From assembly GCA_951804945.1 (NCBI GenBank), contig OX638150.1, forward strand, positions 35,836,001-35,900,000: a DNA stretch of 64,000 bases. Reading direction: 5' to 3'. Below, piece after piece: positions 62,563-64,000 of this stretch; positions within the stretch are counted from its first letter, which is position 1, and each line of letters begins with the position of its first letter. This DNA comes from Podarcis cretensis. Taxonomy: Eukaryota. The notes under the pieces were generated by a model. The model worked only from the letters and a program-made list of their open reading frames with translations, was not told where the DNA came from and made no database searches. The translations under genes were made by a program, and so were the position numbers.

Positions 62563-63274
62563 CTGGTTGGAATAACATATATGAAAAAGATTAGCTGTAA
62601 GAACTATTGGTTTTAAGGTGGTAAAACAGCACTGTTCGGCTTCTGCACAGTGCATTTGCACCCAAATATGTCTGTTTTCCTTTCAGAAGACACACCTGCA
62701 GGACTACCAGATAGCTCTTTCACCTCCTAAGCTAGAGATTTGGCATAAGAACTTTTTCAAAAAAAGTTTGCTGGATCAGGCCAATGGCCAATGGCCAATG
62801 GCCCATCTTAGCCCAGGATCCTGTTCTCACAATGGCCACAATGCCTGAATTCCCCACTTCTGATTCCCAGCAGTACTATACAGTATTTCCCCCCACTTTA
62901 AAATCATCTGCTCAAAATCCATTTTTAATATTTGGCATAAATCGCTCTGTAAAGGAGAAGGGAAATACCAAGTGAACACCATTTTCTATTTTATAAGTTC
63001 CTGTATCAAAACATTTTTGTGCATGTTTCTTTTTTAAACACAGGGTTTAAACACAGACAATTTGGGGCTTCTGCAGAGGCTGCTTCTCTGAGAAAAGCTC
63101 AAAAACAAAATGTAGGTGTGCTCATATGTCATTCTGGATAACTATCTTCAGAGAGATTATGATGTGTTGATATTTGCTTCCAAATGGAGCAAAGCCTAAA
63201 TGGAAAAAGCAAGGAGAGCTCTGAAGAGAGATGAATGTGTAGTCAGTAGTCCCGTGTGCAACTGCTTTACATAC

Positions 63275-63380
63275 CACTCTATTAAGCTCTGGGCTGTCAG
63301 GATTGTTGTCTTGGAAATACTCCACAGCCTTCTGAATTTTAGCCATGCAGGCCAAATACTCCTCCAATCTTCCTGTAGGG
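63275..63380 (-). CDS. EXOC7: EXOC7 exon (PTGRLEEYLACMAKIQKAVEYFQDNNPDSPELNRV)
   Basis: 106 nt, ttgcag|...|GTATGT. Confidence 0.96.
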
Positions 63381-63479
63381 CTGCAATTAAAAATACATCT
63401 GGTTCAACAACAAAGCTACATGAAGAGGCAACTGCTTACCATAAAATCCCTATGAAGCTGGCTTACCATTTTCTCCCAG

Positions 63480-63515
<36 letters not shown>

Positions 63516-63819
63516 TCCTGTAATTTTTCTTCCCAACAGGAAAGTCTGCCATCACTGATGGAATTAAAGTATGTAAGTTACAAGGATAGCTGGCATACAT
63601 TACAGCCCAAATAAACAACCTTTTAACCTATGATTTGTCATTAGGTGCCAGGTCACCAGCTTCAGTAGAACAGTTTTCTTTGAGACATTGGCCTAGACAA
63701 GTGGTAGGGATAATTTTAGGCAAAGGGTAAATAACTGCCTCTATCTGAAGTCCTCAATGGGGGAAAAACCAGGCTATCACTTCACTATACTCCACCAAAA
63801 TCCATCTGATGTTTAATGC

Positions 63820-63990
63820 TCTACAGTGGAACGGACACCCTTGGAAGGTGGTGGACTCTCCCTCACTGGAGGTTTTTAAGCAGAGGTTGGATGGTTATCT
63901 GCCACGGATGCTTTAGCTGAGATTCCTGCAATGCAAGGGTTTGGGCTTGATGCCCCTTAGGGTCCCTTCCAACTCTATGGTTCTGTGATG
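63820..63990 (+). mobile_element. CR1 LINE 3' end
   Basis: GGTGGACTCTCCCTCACTGGAGGTTTTTAAGCAGAGGTTGGATGG...GGTCCCTTCCAACTCT. Confidence 0.8.
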
Positions 63991-64000
63991 AAATCTACAA

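Larger units (their letters stand above)
33337..63380 (-). other. EXOC7: EXOC7 (exocyst complex component 7, Exo70) gene span, 5'-partial: first exons are outside the window
   Basis: Spliced translation is nearly identical to vertebrate Exo70 from PTGRLEEYL to C-terminal LFDTSA*; all introns GT-AG with consistent phase. Confidence 0.98.

Overview
Eukaryotic (vertebrate) genomic DNA, most likely a squamate reptile and probably a lacertid lizard, judged from its Sauria-type SINEs, L2/CR1 LINE ends and MITE families. Two protein-coding genes lie tail-to-tail, matching the known vertebrate ZACN-EXOC7 arrangement. (1) A complete, intact 9-exon ZACN (zinc-activated Cys-loop cation channel) on the + strand: ATG 18451 to TAA 29564, 1251 nt, 416 aa. 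(2) The 3' part of EXOC7 (Exo70) on the - strand, from the exon at 63380 down to TGA at 33337; its first exons lie beyond the window. Besides the canonical EXOC7 exons there is a 12-nt microexon (VLIP), a 39-nt cassette (VLGDTYNIPLDPR) and further candidate regulated exons. The first ~17 kb are intergenic and repeat-rich, with two solo LTRs and nested insertions. The most striking unexplained structure is a gap-free 106+106 bp inverted repeat (31328-31552) in the convergent 3' zone between the genes. Almost all ORFs in the supplied track are spurious. Exons were rebuilt by hand from splice sites, phase and recalled similarity to the human proteins. No database search was run, and repeat family names come from recognition only.
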